Source of the DNA: Raillietiella orientalis
Lineage: Eukaryota
Assembly: GCA_036172245.1 (NCBI GenBank)
Contig: JAYWIR010000019.1
Coordinates: forward strand, 930,001 to 994,000
Direction: 5' to 3'
DNA length: 64,000 bases
Under the pieces are notes generated by a model, which saw nothing but the letters and a program-made list of their open reading frames with translations, searched no databases and had not been told where the DNA came from. This document shows positions 24,940-38,250 of this stretch, piece after piece. Both the position numbers and the translations under genes were made by a program. Positions within the stretch are counted from its first letter, which is position 1; the number at the start of each line of letters is the position of its first letter.

Positions 24940-27900
24940 GACGCGAGCGCGGCTCGCTCGGCCGGCCGGGCCCGTGCGGGCGGGCTCCCTCCTGCGAGCG
25001 GCCGCACCGCCGCCTGGGCAGGCGAGGAGCGGCGTCGCGCGGGCGGCTCGTTCGCTCGCCCGAGCGTGCGCGCGCGCGCGCCGGAGGAGGCTGCGAGAGG
25101 CGAGGAGGAAGAGGAGGAGGAGCAGCAGCAGGGCGGAGACGAGCGCAAAGCGAATGAAAAGGCCCGTCCAGCTGCTGCCTCCTCCGCGTCCGCCTTTCAG
25201 GGGCAAGGACCCAGGAAACCAGTCACTCACCTCCGGGCGAAAAGAGGCAGGCAACCCCGGCATTTTTCGCTCGGGCGCAGCCACCCGCCTTCTCGTCGGG
25301 ACAGCTCCCCGGCAACAGCGGAGGCAGCATCCGACAGACGCGACGCGCGGAGGCTCCTTGTGGAAAGAAGGAAGAAGGAAAAGGGAAGGAGGAGCAGGAG
25401 GAAAATTCCCCCCTTCCCCTCCCTCCTTCCTGCCACCGCTGAACGGCGTTCCACCCCTGTGCTTGGCATCCCTGCACGTCCAGGGGTCATCGAGCTACTC
25501 GACCCACGTCACGCCGCTGCGCGCGCCGCTTGAGCGCTGTCTCGGCCGCGTGAGGGCGCGCGCGCGAGACGCGCCTAGCATGCCGACACCCCCCCTCACG
25601 CCCCTCCCTCGTTGCGGCGTCGCGCAGGCCGGGAGTGGCGACCGTGGCGACGGGCGAAGGAACGCGCCGTCACCGCAGCCGCTAGCGGTGACGGTCATCG
25701 TCGTCGTCGTCGCCTGCCACCTACCGTCGTCCGCGGAATGAAGTCGGAGTGCTGCATCGGACAAGCGGCGGCCACCGCCTCGGGTGCCCCTCGGACAGCC
25801 GGCGAGGCACCACCCGGGCAAGACCACCAGCTGCGTCGCCGCCGTCGTTTGGGAGACGCATCTTTCTTCCCATTGAGAAACGGGGGGGGGGAGAGGACAG
25901 AGGCCAGCCGCCGCCGCGTCAGCGTCGTCAGGGAGGCTCAGAAGACGCAGCGGAACATCTGCCGATGGCTCGCCCTTATAGAGGAGGGGCTCCCGGTCCA
26001 GGCACGCTGCCAGAGAGTTGGAGGAAGGAGGAGTCGCTCACCCGGTCACCGAGACGACGGGGGAACCGGACTGAGCGGAAAGGAAAGCAGGTGCTCCCGC
26101 TCATCCCCCCTCCGGCCGCAGGTTTCCCCGGGCAGCCTCCGCTGCAGGCGCAACCTCTGCACCTGCCTCTCTACTCCACAGCGACAGGCAAGGAAGGCGC
26201 GCACAGGCCGGACCGATTCCCGGATCTCCGCCGGGCTACAGGGAGAGGACTGGTAGACCAACACGAGCCCCAGGTCCGGCAGGGGTGCCAATTCCTCCTC
26301 TTTATCCCCACCTATCACCTATCACCCCGCTCGCCTTCCGCACATCCCCACGCGGGATGGGAAGCTGGTCGCCAAGCTGGGAAGGGCGCCTCCATCTTGA
26401 AACCCCCGCAGGCCTCCTACCCTCACGTGTCGAGGGTGGGACGCCGGTTGCCAGGCAGCGGACGGGAGAGACAAGAGGAGAAGATTGCAGGCACCGCGGA
26501 CCCCAGTGCGCGACCGGCCTGCAGGACAGGAGAGCGGCGGGTCACGCAAGTCTGGGGCCAGAAAGGAAAAAAAGTAGGCAGAGAAAGTGGGGTCCTCGTC
26601 CTCAGGCCGCCGCCTCTCGTAGGACGGCGGGACACGAGGATAAAAATGTCACCCGGCTGCGATACCAACCGGGAAAGGGGAGAAGGCGGGAGGAGCCGTG
26701 TCCCACTTCCGCCCGCTCCCACGGCCACTGGCGGTTCCCGCAGGCCCGGGAGTGGGGACGGCTTGCGCTGATATCCAAGATGGCGCCGCCCTTCCGCGCC
26801 CGGCTCCTCTTCCCGCGTGGGGAAGGGCAACGGCTATCACGTCCATCCCCGCAGCAAACGAAGGGAGGCAGCCCCTCGGAAGACTGCCCTGGAAGGACAG
26901 AGGGCTCCACACCGTCTCCCCCTGCGTGCTGCCGCCTCCGAGTCAACCAGGAACTCGCTAGAGGAGGCCCCCTTAACCATGGTTTCCTCCGTCCCGCTCG
27001 CAAACGTGACGGCGCGCCTGCAGCAAACGGATACGACCCCAGGACGGACCCGACTCCCTCGCATGCCCCACGCAAAGAGCAGAACGCGTCCTTGCAGCCC
27101 CCCTCCTCCCACTTCCTCCGTCGCGCCCGCCGACCGGACCCGTCCGCTCTCGCGGCTGCTGCAGCGCCCGAGGCAGGCGGCAGGCAGGTCATCCGCGAAG
27201 AGCAGAGGGCGACGCACCGCGCCCACACCACGCTCCTGCCCTTCCCCCCGCCTCCGCCATCGGGTCCCCAGGGCTCACCGGCCCGCTCGACCTTCCGGGA
27301 ACGCCCTTCGCCGACGGCCCTTTCCCGGAAGTCACGGACCTCCCCTTCCAAGGGCGCCGCCGCGGAGGAGCCACTGCCGCCCGGAGGACGAGGCGCGCGC
27401 CGCCTCACCCAGCAGCTGCAGCGGCGAGCACGGCAATGGACGCGCTGCAGCACCCCACGCCCCACGTCCCTTCTTCCTCCTCTTCCTTCCTCCCTCCCTC
27501 TCCCTCTTCCTCGTCCTCCCTTCCTCTCTACCTCCCTTCCCCACGCCTGCCGACCGGGCCCATCCGCGCCCGCGGAACAGGTCCGTTCCAGGCCTCTTTC
27601 CCCCCCCCTTCCTCCCTTCCCCCTCCTCTCCCTTTCCTCCCCCTCCTCCCTCATCCGCTTTGGAGCCTCGCCCGGGAAGAACGCGGTGCAGGGATGGCCT
27701 CGCCGGGCAAGTGACTCTCTTTATGCATCCGGGGATCTCGGATCCCTCCGCGAGCGCCTCAGGCGCCGCTTGTCCTTGCCTCCCGGGAGCTTCCGCTTCG
27801 TTCCCGCCTGGCTCGGTGCCACCCTTGGGATTCAGGAGGGCGCGAGGCCAGTGGGTCCTCGATCCCGGTCGGTGGGAGGGGAGGAGGTGGGACGAGCCGA

Positions 27901-30900
27901 GAGGCAGACTTCCTTCCCTCCCCTTCCCGCTTGTCGATGGAGAGTCCTGGAAGCGCGTCGTCTCCAAAGCGACCGTGTCGAAGGACCCACCGTGCCGCAT
28001 ACCTTCTCCCACGCCCACGAATCAGTGCATCCTGTTCCACTCCCGACTGGGTCCTTCTCCCGTCTCGATCCCGGCCCCGCTTGCCGGTCTCGAGGACGGA
28101 CCGGCGCGCGAGCTCGTCGTTTCCATGGCGGCAGGAGCTCCCCGTTCCCGCGAGAGGGCGGAAGGGATCGTGTCCCCTCTCTCCAGATGGACCGGGTCAG
28201 AGCGGCGGCGGGAAGCAGGGGAGGGCAGGTGGAACTCGAAAAGAGAGAGAGAGAGCTCGCGCGCGCGTCTCCCTGGGCGACTCGCCTCTCGTTGCCGTGG
28301 AGAGGGCCTGGAGACTTGGAGTCCTCCCAGCGGCGGCGGCTGCGCCGAGGTGCGTGTTCAAATAGCGAGCACCGCTCGCTCGGCGACGCGAGCCCTCCGC
28401 GTATCGCCGTCGTGAAGTTCCGCGGAGCGTGAGCGGGCGGAACGAAGCAGAGCCGCTGCATCCGGCGACGGCGAGGGGATACGCTGCGCGCGCGCCCTCC
28501 GCGTCTGCGACTACGCGCGCCCCGTGGCCGCCGATCCGGGGGTGCGGTGGAATTTACAGCGCTCGAGGAGGGCGCTCCAGAAGACAACGACTCGCTCGGA
28601 ACCGACAAGACACGTCCGTCGAACCGCGCGCACGCACTCTTCGCCCGAGCGCCGGCGGGCGGCTGCAGCTCGGCACCCGCGCGATCAGGCAGGGGCCGCC
28701 ACCGCACCTTCCTCGTGACGCGGGAGCCGCCAGCCCGAGGACGCCGGCCTCCGCTGGGAGCGCCGCGGTCGATCCAGAATTGCATCCGGTGGCAGCGACC
28801 CCCCGCCGGGCGACCCCACGGAAAGGCCCTGGAGGAAAGCCCGGGCGCCGTTCCGAGCTGCTGGTGCGACGCGCGCCGCCGGCAGTGGCAGCAGCACTCT
28901 GAGCGAGCAGCCCGTTCCCGCGGCTTCCTGCCCGCGTGCGAACGGCCACGCAGCTCCTCCAGTTTCGCAAAGAGCGCGCGCCGCTGCAGACTCGCACTCT
29001 CTTGCAGGCCCTGCTGCAATCTCGAGTAGAAAACTGCGAGGTGCTGCCCTGGGGGAGGAGAAGTGTGAACGAATTTCCTTTTGAAACTTACTGTAAATTT
29101 CAGGCAAGGCCTCTCGCAATTAGGAATGGTCATCTGTTTGTTCATCCAACAGTTTATGGGGACTGCCCGCCGACGCTCGTTATTCTCATTCTGCAAAAAT
29201 GCCCATCTCCTCCGCCACTTGGCAATACTGCTCTGCAATTATTGTTGTGTAACTAAGCGATGCAGTTTGTTTCGGCAACGGTCAGGTAAATAACATCCAC
29301 AGCGGAAACGAGAAACCATGAAATTTTGCTTATAAAAATTAAAGTTGCCTATTTAAATACCATGAAATTTGATTGAGTGCTGCAGGCCATACACATATGT
29401 ATGTATGCATACATATATATACACGTGGCTTCTCGGCGGACCGCTCCAGGAGCGAGCCGTCTCCAGGGCGATCGGGTCGGAAGGTTCGGCCGTTCGACAT
29501 ATGCATGTGTGTGTATGTATACATATATGAACAGAGAAGAGAGCGAAGGAGAGAGAAGGAAACGGAAACGGGATGTCTAGATCGAATTTGCTTCAGGAAC
29601 TCCCTCTATGGAATGTTCACAAAAACAATGCGTTCAAGCACAAAGCAACCTCAGAAATAACGAAATGCCTCCCCCGCCCCTCCCCCGAAGAGCATCGTTG
29701 CTGCAATTAATCCAGCTGGTCGTCGTAGCTTGGGTTTTACATAATCCAAGCAACGCATCTCTCCCTCCAGGAAAGAATCCCCGACCGAACATTCCTCGCG
29801 CACTTCACTCTCAGGTTCCGCTTTGCCACTGCTGAACGCAGGATGGGCAGATGCTCCAGAGGAACTCCCCTTTCCTACGCACCGCAGCCGCGGAACGGGG
29901 GATCCTCTCCGATGCAGAAAATGGGGTGACCAGAGGTTTGGGATGCCGCTCCAGTTCCAGGACACAAGTCCACTGCAACCTGATACGCGTTCAGATCGGT
30001 GCCCCCCCCCCCCCCCCTTGCTCTCCATCGAGGACGCGCTCTTTCAAAAACACACGCCTTCGTTCGAAGAGGACGTGTGGTTCCGTCCGTCCCTTTGATT
30101 TCCTCCGGTTTTCAGGTGATCTGCGCAAGGTCCAAGGCTCGGTCCTAACCGGGACGGAACTTCGGTCAACTTTAAAGCTGGACATCCGAGAACCGATGAA
30201 GGCCTGCGGGTCTCGTTCCGGCGCAGCGTGCGAGCCCCGCTTTCCGCTTCAGGATGTCTGGCAATCCTGAGCAGGTCCTCGCTCTGCGTGCTGGGAAATT
30301 CAATCCTTCGTCTCCTACGTTGAACCCGTTTTGCCTTGCTGTTCTGCGGCTACACGCGCATGAAGTATTCCTCTTTTTTTTTTTTTCCTTTGACATTAGA
30401 TACAGCATTTTTTTCTTCCCTCTCTTGTGTATGGAGCTTGCGTACTCCTTGTATTGAGTGCGTGTGTGCTTTCTATTTGACGCATGCTCTTTCCGTGGCG
30501 TGTCAACTTTGTCCTAAAATTTGGACTCATAAAACGACAGCATATTGCGTTGCGGAGTGGGAAGGGTGACGTCATCGAAAGCGCGGGAAAAGCGTAACGA
30601 AGGTTCAGAAGAGTTGATCTTGTACGCGCGCAGCCCAGACACTTCTCTCTCTCTCTCTTTCGTTTTCTCTGCTTTATTGTATTTTATTTCCCTCCCCCTC
30701 CCTTTCTCGACCGCAAAGAAACGAAGAGGAACGTGAAAAAGCCCTGGTCTGAGGCTTCGGGCGGAACCTCCGTGGGCGGAAGGGGGTGGGGAAGAGGAGG
30801 ACGAGAAGAAACTCGGCTCAGAAACGAGCTCCATGGCCATCGGGCACACACCCATAGGGCAGGGGAACGTGTGCGAAAACACTTCTTTTTTTTTTTTTTT

Positions 30901-33900
30901 CGATTCTTTTCTTCCGTCAGTGGACGGAAGAGCATGGGATCAGGAGAAAGATGCTGGACAAGAATGCAGAAAAGCCAGTCGTTGCCTGAGAGCAACGACG
31001 ACTTCCTCCGCGACGTCGCTCGGGAAGTTAAGGGGGGAGGTGGCCGTTTCGAAAGAACCAGAGGGTAACATCCCGGAAGTTTCGTAAGATGAAGCACGAG
31101 CTGCTGCGTCTCTCGTTCCTATGGGAGCAAGAAATCCCCCCTTTGGTAGTTGTTTTCCGTGTTATCTCTCCCATCTCGCGCCATTTTTCGCTGTTTCCCG
31201 GAATCCTTGGCGACGAGAAGATGCACGCAGCTCGGCTCGTCCAGAACGTGCAGGCGTCGGCAACGAGCGATCTCTCTCGAGGCAGCAGCATTCGACGGCA
31301 CGTTCTCTCAAGGCGCCGGAAAGGAACGCGCCACGATAGGGGGTTCCGCACCTGGGAGGAATGGGGTAGCATGGGGTGCACGCTGGGGGTCGCTCGGAGC
31401 TCGCACCGCCGAAATACCGGCGGTTCGCCCGGAGCGGAGGAGGGGGGGGGAGACGAACAACAACAACAACAACAACAACAAAAGCCTCTCCTTTCCGCAA
31501 TCCCTAGCCCGTTTCCAAGGTGACGGTTTCCGGGCGGCGGGGGAAACGAAGGTCGCGCGTCATGCGCGTCTCGCTCGCTGCGGCTTGCGTTCCCTGGCGG
31601 GAAGCTGCGGCATGTCCCTTGTAAGTTGCTCCTCCTCCCGGCGCCTTCCAAGGTGCCCTTCGGGCAGGAGGCAGGGGCTCAGCTCCGAGGACGGAGACGC
31701 ACAGGCGGACTTGGGTCTTGCAGCCTGCGATGGCCGTCTGCAGCGCCCGCTGCACGAAACGAAGCAGCAAGAAGACATCGCACCGGCGGCGGGGCCGCCG
31801 CCTTTCTCCCGGAAGTTGCTTTTCCCTCCCAGCCGCGTCTCGCGGGAAGATCATCGAGGCGGCGGCCCGCCGGAAAGGAAACTACTTTTGCCTGCCCGCC
31901 CCCGTTTTCTGCCACCTTCAGATCTCTCACTCCGCTCTCACCTGGTAACGGAAGATTAAACGCGCGCGGAGGCGCGGGTGCTCGCGAGCGAGGCGGCGGG
32001 CCTCGATCGGAGCGCTTCCTGCCTCGCAGCGGGCAAGCAAGCAAGAAACACCGGCGTCGTCGTCTGCGCGGAGGTCTCGCGCCAGGCCGAGGAGGGGCGG
32101 CGGCGCGCGCGCGTGCTCTTTTGCGTGCTCGGTCCAGATGCCGCCACCGCCGCCGCCGAGGCGCGCTGTGGAGCGCTGGGCGCGTTGCCCGCCGGGTACG
32201 CGACCGAATTTTCTCAGGGGGGTGCGCGCGCGCGCGCGAGTGCGACGAATTCTCGTGCGTGCCCACACGCGTACGCTCGCGGTGGAGCGACCGGAAAAGG
32301 TGAAGGATACCGTGCGCTGCTTGCCGGAGCGGTGCGCCCGCGCGCGGGGGGGCACCACAGGCTGCTGCACTTGCCGGCACCCGAAAGCGTCCCAGCTCGT
32401 CGGCTGAACCGGTCGCCCTCCCTTCCCAGTTTACTTTTTTGTTTCCTTTCTCTCTCCTTTTCCCTTTTTTTTTTTTTTTGAAAGCAAAGCCTCCGGCCAT
32501 GTGCTCTCTCGCTTTCCCGAATGGCGCATGCACCGACGATCGGGATCCTGGGACAGCGGAAGCAACAAAAGTGTACTCGGACGGGAGCCCTGTGAGACGC
32601 GAGGGGACACACGAGAGACGACCACCTCCTCCCCGCTCCCCCCCCCCTTTCCCGCAACCCGGTTTTTTCGATCATCCGTGCGCGCGCGCCTACGCAGCAA
32701 AGATCTTCCGAGCTGCACGCGCGGTCTACCGGGAGCGCGCGCAGCGGTTCCGACGCCTTCCCGATTCAGTGTTCCCAGAACCCGAAGGACAGGCAGAAAT
32801 TTTGGCGCAGTTGCGGCTCCGCTGCGGTTGGCTTCTTCGTTCCTTCCGTCGCCCGGTTTTCAGTCGTGGTCCCGAGCCAGCCCCCTTCCTCCACACGAAA
32901 AGTGCCTTGGACCAGCCTGCTGCCTGGTTACTTCCGCTGCCTGGGATACCCGGTGACAGTTTTTTTTGTTTTCTCTTTCCGTCTGGCTGCCTCCTATTGG
33001 CTGCAGGACAAGCACAGGCGGTCCAACAAGGGAAAGATCCGAACGCGGAGCTCGTGGGTCACGCGTAGGCATCTTCTTCGGCAAGCTATTTCGCCCGTCG
33101 GGGATAGGCGGGACACGCTCGAGCACTCGGAGGCGCGCAGCAGACGCAGCCTCCTGCTGTCCTCGTTCTGGCTTGTCCTCGGATCGAAAATTCGAAGACC
33201 CAGAGGCTGCGCCAGCCCCCCGCGCGATCTCATCTACCAGGTCCTGCCCCGTGCCCCCCGGGAACGTCAACGCTTTCTGCTGGGTGAAAACGGCCGAAAA
33301 TCATCGTCCTTCAGCGTGCGGAACGCGTGGTTACGGGAAACGGAATCCGCAGATTCCGCGGCGGATTTTTTTGGCTCGAGTAAGACGTGCTGAGGACTCC
33401 TTCGAGGAAGGCTACTTTTAGACGAACCTCGCCGAATTCTATTTCGATTGCTGAAGAATAGCCGAATCATTGTGTACCGAATCATGAGCTGCTTCTCTTT
33501 TGTGTTTGAAAGAAGAAGAAAACAGCCGAACAAAACTGGACCCCGTTCGCTTTGAAGACGCCCGATACGCTTGTGCGGTTGCCATGGTTGCCGCATCCAG
33601 CTGCTCCTGTTGAAAATTCTTCTTTGCAGGCGAGGTCGTTCGAACCGACGGGACAACCCGGTTCCAGATCTGTGTTTCTGCTGCGCTGGCCTGTACCACG
33701 TGAATAATCTTAGGAACGATCCTAGAAGGCGTTTCAGAGCACGAAGGAATTGCGGTTGGAATGAATTCCGCACGGAGTTATGGTTCCATAATTCCGTGTT
33801 CCACGTCTTTCCATCAGCGTTTACTCTGGGAAACTCTTCGAAAGGCCCCATCTTGAAGGCAGGAGCTTCCGCTTTCCATAACCGTAACAGTTTTTTGATG

Positions 33901-35762
33901 GGAACTGACTGCTGACGCAGCAGCAGCTGCGCTGTCAGCGTTTTCCATTTTCCTTTTTTTTTTTTTTTTCTTCCTTGTCTTTCGCGATACCCGTGCGATG
34001 CTCCTCGTATCGTATCTTAACGGGAACTGTCTCTACGAGTAATCTATTCCCGTTCAGTCGACCTCAAGTGCTTTCCCAAGTCTCGTAGGTACTACTCGCG
34101 TGTTTCTTCAGTGTGCTGACGGCACCTCAATTGCTGCCAGGGTACGGAAGGGAGCACGCTCGCTCTGTGCCTTGGTTTTTGTACATAGTTGGAGTGGCAA
34201 CCTTTGTTTGGTGCTGTCGTCATCAGCGTCGGTAACCATGGTAATTGTGATTTCCCTTTGCTGCAATTGTTTTTCTTTTTTTGCATGTCACGGTGGATGA
34301 GTTTTTTTCATATAGATATGTTCGCGTATGTCAAGGGGTGAAAACAAAAACGTGGTTTTTTTGCTGGTGATTTCGAACGCAAAGTTCCTGAAGAAGGGCC
34401 CCCCCCCCTCCCCCTTCGTTAGTGCGTGCACTGGCCGCTGCACGCCGCTCCGTCCGTCGAAATCCCGAGATTTTCCGCTTCTGTCACTGCCTCCATGGCA
34501 GACGTCACGCCCGTATGGCCGTGTACATCTGGACAGTGATCACGAATGGCAGCTGTCATCCGTGCTGTGATGTTTCCTGGGCTGCTGTCCTTGAGGCTGC
34601 GTTGATCCGAGCCACTGTCAGAGCGAACATGTTGATCACCACCGTATACTTCGTCCCATTGGGCGTCACTTTTTTTATTCCGGTGGTTATTGATTTTTCC
34701 ACCAAGTTGCGTTACCACCGTTACGGCCACTAGGTGCTGCATCGGGGGTTTGCTATGTCGTATTCATAACCGTGTCTGGTTCAAAGCAGAGGGCCAAGCC
34801 AGGTGCTTGCAATGAGGAAGGAGGCTTGAGCAAGAAATCTGTTGCAAGATACACCCCGGATACACCCCCGTACATTTCTTTTACACGAAACCTGCATCGC
34901 AGAAGACTGCCTCCATCGCACCGGAAAGTGCTTCTTAGCCCCAGCATCCTCCGTGCTCCGAGACATTTGGAGAGGTGGCTGTTTCGTGCCTGTTTCAGCT
35001 CGAAGTGCAGGAAGATCTGAAGATCCTCCTGCATTTTGAGGTCCGGCAGAGTTGCCGAGCTCTCGCAAGTAACTCGCGCGTCATCTCCTGGGAAACGCGA
35101 AATTGCTGACAACACTTTATCAACGACACCTCGTTAATAGACGAGCAAATCAAATACGCCGGCTCGCTCAACCGCACCGGATTTCCGTAGCAACGCCTGT
35201 TATCTCCTCGGGTGCCCAGCTTTGCGCACGGGCAGCATCACAGTCAAGGACGGTAACGGAGACGTGGTTATTGCTGCTTGGAAACTCCGGTGCACATTTG
35301 CGAAGAGGAGTAACGGTGGGTGACTTGCTCGCCACTTGGGATCCGACGTCCAGCATCCATCTTTGCGGTTCGTGATCCGCTCGGAGATCTTGTCGAGAGG
35401 CAAGGAAAAGTGGTCAGGTGGTGGTGGCCTTGCTGCATCGCATCGAGGGAAATGCGACCCCTCTACTCTGAAGTTAACGGGCGAAGGCGACGAGGAGGAA
35501 CCAGAGGCACTGCTGTCAAACGTGGAAAAGGCAGTCGGCGGCAGCGCCCCACGATAAAATTACGCCCCATTTGGTTTATCGTGCTAATTGGGGACGAAGA
35601 GCAGTTACCGAGGAGCAAACTTTGCTTGCCGACGCGCAACGTCCTGCGTAATCGGCATTCCTTCCAGATTACGCTCAAGATTGGAACATCGGCCATTACC
35701 GCATCCGATTTGGTAACCGGGCGTGTTTGCCAGCGAAGGATTTGCAGCCGCCGAAAACTTCT

Positions 35763-35770
<8 letters not shown>

Positions 35771-35796
<26 letters not shown>
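35771..35796. repeat. (TG)n microsatellite
   Basis: About 13 TG units read directly. Confidence 0.9.
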
Positions 35797-36720
35797 GGAA
35801 GGGGGGGGGGGGCATCCAGAAGGCATGTTCCCGAGTAAAGATTTCTGGGACCGACCATATGAACACAACCCATTCATCAGCTGCTTTATTCCGAATACAG
35901 CAAATGGCAGCCGGTGAATGGTCAGGTCGTCGGGAAAAGTGCAAAAGAAACCAACGAGAGTGGTACGAACGGCACGTGTCTTGTGCTCGAAGGTTCTCGT
36001 ATTTCTGCTAAAGTGCCATCCTTTTTAGTGCTGGCGTCACAGTGGACATGAGTAAGATGAGAAGCTGAACGGTGGTATCACGACATCAACAGTTGGATGG
36101 GTGAGATTGGTCCCGAGCTAGGCGAAGATGATGTCTCCGTAACACATTTTTTTTTTTTGCTTTCTTATTTGTAACACTCGGCATTTATAGATGAACAGAC
36201 TCTTTTCAGTTTTATTTTATGCCTTGTAGCACTTCGCTTCCGCTCAGTACTTGGGTCTTGTTTTCGTCGGGTCATTTAGTCGAGATTCGGGGTCCGCCTT
36301 CGAGGCGAAAAGCAGAACGCAAAGATGCGAGCAAGCCTCCCCCCCCTCAAAAAAAACACACACGCGCGGATGCTAAAAAAAATTCGCCGTTAGAATGCTC
36401 CGAAGAAACTAATCGTAGAAGGAGATGGCACTGTCCTTTGTAATTCTGCAACGAATGTTGCGATATTCGTGTGGCACCTCGCGTCATTGGAAAAACCTCC
36501 TCTCATTGTGTTTGGGGGGGGGGGATTCGGAGATTTCTGGGAGCTTTCCTCTGAAGCCAGTAGTATCCTGTAGAACAAAGGAATCGAAAGGCAAGATTCG
36601 AAGTGATCTCAAAATGTAGCCATGTGGATGTTGCGACTTACTCCAGCATATTCGGAGCCGCGACATGCCAACGAAATTGCACGACACGATGACTTCAAAG
36701 TGAGGTCTTGGGATGGGAAT

Positions 36721-37465
36721 GTCACCAGGAGAAACCCTCGTTGGAGGCCGTGTAGGCGCGGCCTCCGCGCGTGGTGGTGCCAAGCATAACGGGTTCGAAT
36801 CCCACCCGGGGAAACATGGAGATGCCGAGAAACTGCTGCGTCTTCCCCGCAGGATGGCGCTGGTTGGCCTGAAGTCTTCGGGTGCGGCACTGGTAGAACC
36901 AGGAAACCGGATGACCCCGTTGACTGGCCGGGATTGGAAGCTGACCCTCCAGGGTCCTTCCAGTAATCAAAGAGTCCTTCGGGGTTCCCTTCCGGTGGTC
37001 AAAATGGAGCCACCCTCTCCTCGGAGGAAGACCTTCCATCTCTTACCATGGGACTGGTGGATCTATACCTCTCCAGAGTGTCAAGAAGTGCGCTGCTCCC
37101 TTCGGGGACGGCCCCTCGGAGAAATTCGGAAGCTCCATTAAGGATTCTCTTCAGAGGAGGAAACAGAGAACGGATCTCTCCAGAAAAGACATTCCAGGAG
37201 AACATCCTTTCCGAGTTCCCTTCGGAGAAGAGACGAGGAGTGATTCCTTCCTCCGGGGGATCCTTCCGAAGAGAATAAGGAATTCCCTTCGGGGTTCCCT
37301 TCGGAGACAAGCAGGGTAAAGTTGACAACAAGAGCAGACCTTCCCAAGCGAAAGAGGTGCGCACTCCTTTCTCCTGAGCCTTCCTGGATTCATAGAGTGG
37401 TCCCTACGGGGCTACTTCCTATCTAGAAGAGCCACGCGCACCCTCGGGTGGCGTGCACCGTCAAA
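36721..37465 (+). mobile_element. SINE-like interspersed repeat, copy 2 (longest)
   Basis: Pol III B-box GGGTTCGAATCCC at 36791-36803; homologous to copies at 24286-24939, 38131-38250 and 62751-63049; no recognisable protein-coding ORF. Confidence 0.75.
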
Positions 37466-38130
37466 GTAGCTTTGTGAGCCTTCGGAGGCGAGCGGTTCTC
37501 AGCACTGGACAATGGGGAGATGAGCCTGGACTCTCACAGGTGCGGAGAACGCGAATCCCTGCCGCTCCTGATTGTGGACTGCGTTGCCCTCCGGTCCCTG
37601 TGGGAACGTTTAGGAACGACCCTCCGGGTCCCAGTTGGCACCCTCAGGGACGTTTAACGGCTCCTCTTTATGCGGGATTCCCTGCAGCCAGCCGCGGTCC
37701 GAGCAGCATTTGGCTGCATCCGCGGGATCGTGGAGGCTTGGAGCGAAGCCGAAAGAGGAAGAAACGAAAGGGACCCCATTAGTTCGCCTTTTGCGGATAG
37801 CGACCAGATGACCCCACCTGGGACCTATTCGGATGGACCTAGCCGGAATCCTAGAAAGGATGCAGGCTCCTCCCAGTGGACAGTGATCCCCTTCCCGATC
37901 CTCCCAAAGATTTTTATTTTTCTTTGCTCTTTATTTTATTTTTCTTTTTGCTTTCTCTCATCCCAATCTGCCGTCGAGGGGAGTCCCGCCGACCTGAGTA
38001 CTGGCGACCCGGAAGGTCTACGTACGAACGTAGTGTGGTAGGACGACGTCCTACCACAATATGTGAGTTTATTTTTAGAATTCACTACACTTCCCAGTGT
38101 GTCCGAGTGGAAATCGGAGACAAAAAGTGC

Positions 38131-38250
38131 GAGGGTTCCCTTCGGGATTTCCGCTACCAAGCGTGGGAGGAACGGACTCCTTCCTTCGGAGCCTTTCTGG
38201 GTTCATAGGGTGGTCCCCTCTGGGGTTCCCCCCCAGCTTGAAGAGTTACG
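38131..38250 (+). mobile_element. SINE-like repeat, 3' fragment (copy 3)
   Basis: gagggttccc...ctaccaagcgtgggaggaacggactccttcc...gcttgaagagttac matches 62923-63017 and the 3' part of copy 2. Confidence 0.65.

Noticed and set aside
26285..28432. 715-aa ORF and overlapping 350-530 aa ORFs upstream of ovo
   Set aside because: Low-complexity R/P/G/A/S sequence open in several frames on both strands; typical of stop-poor GC-rich DNA, no domain recognised.
33771..33798. 13-bp hairpin cacggagttatgg-tt-ccataattccgtg
   Set aside because: Short and isolated, too small for a pre-miRNA, no supporting context.
36746..36812. tRNA gene around GGGTTCGAATCCC
   Set aside because: Only the T-loop/B-box is intact; no complete cloverleaf, and it is part of a dispersed repeat.
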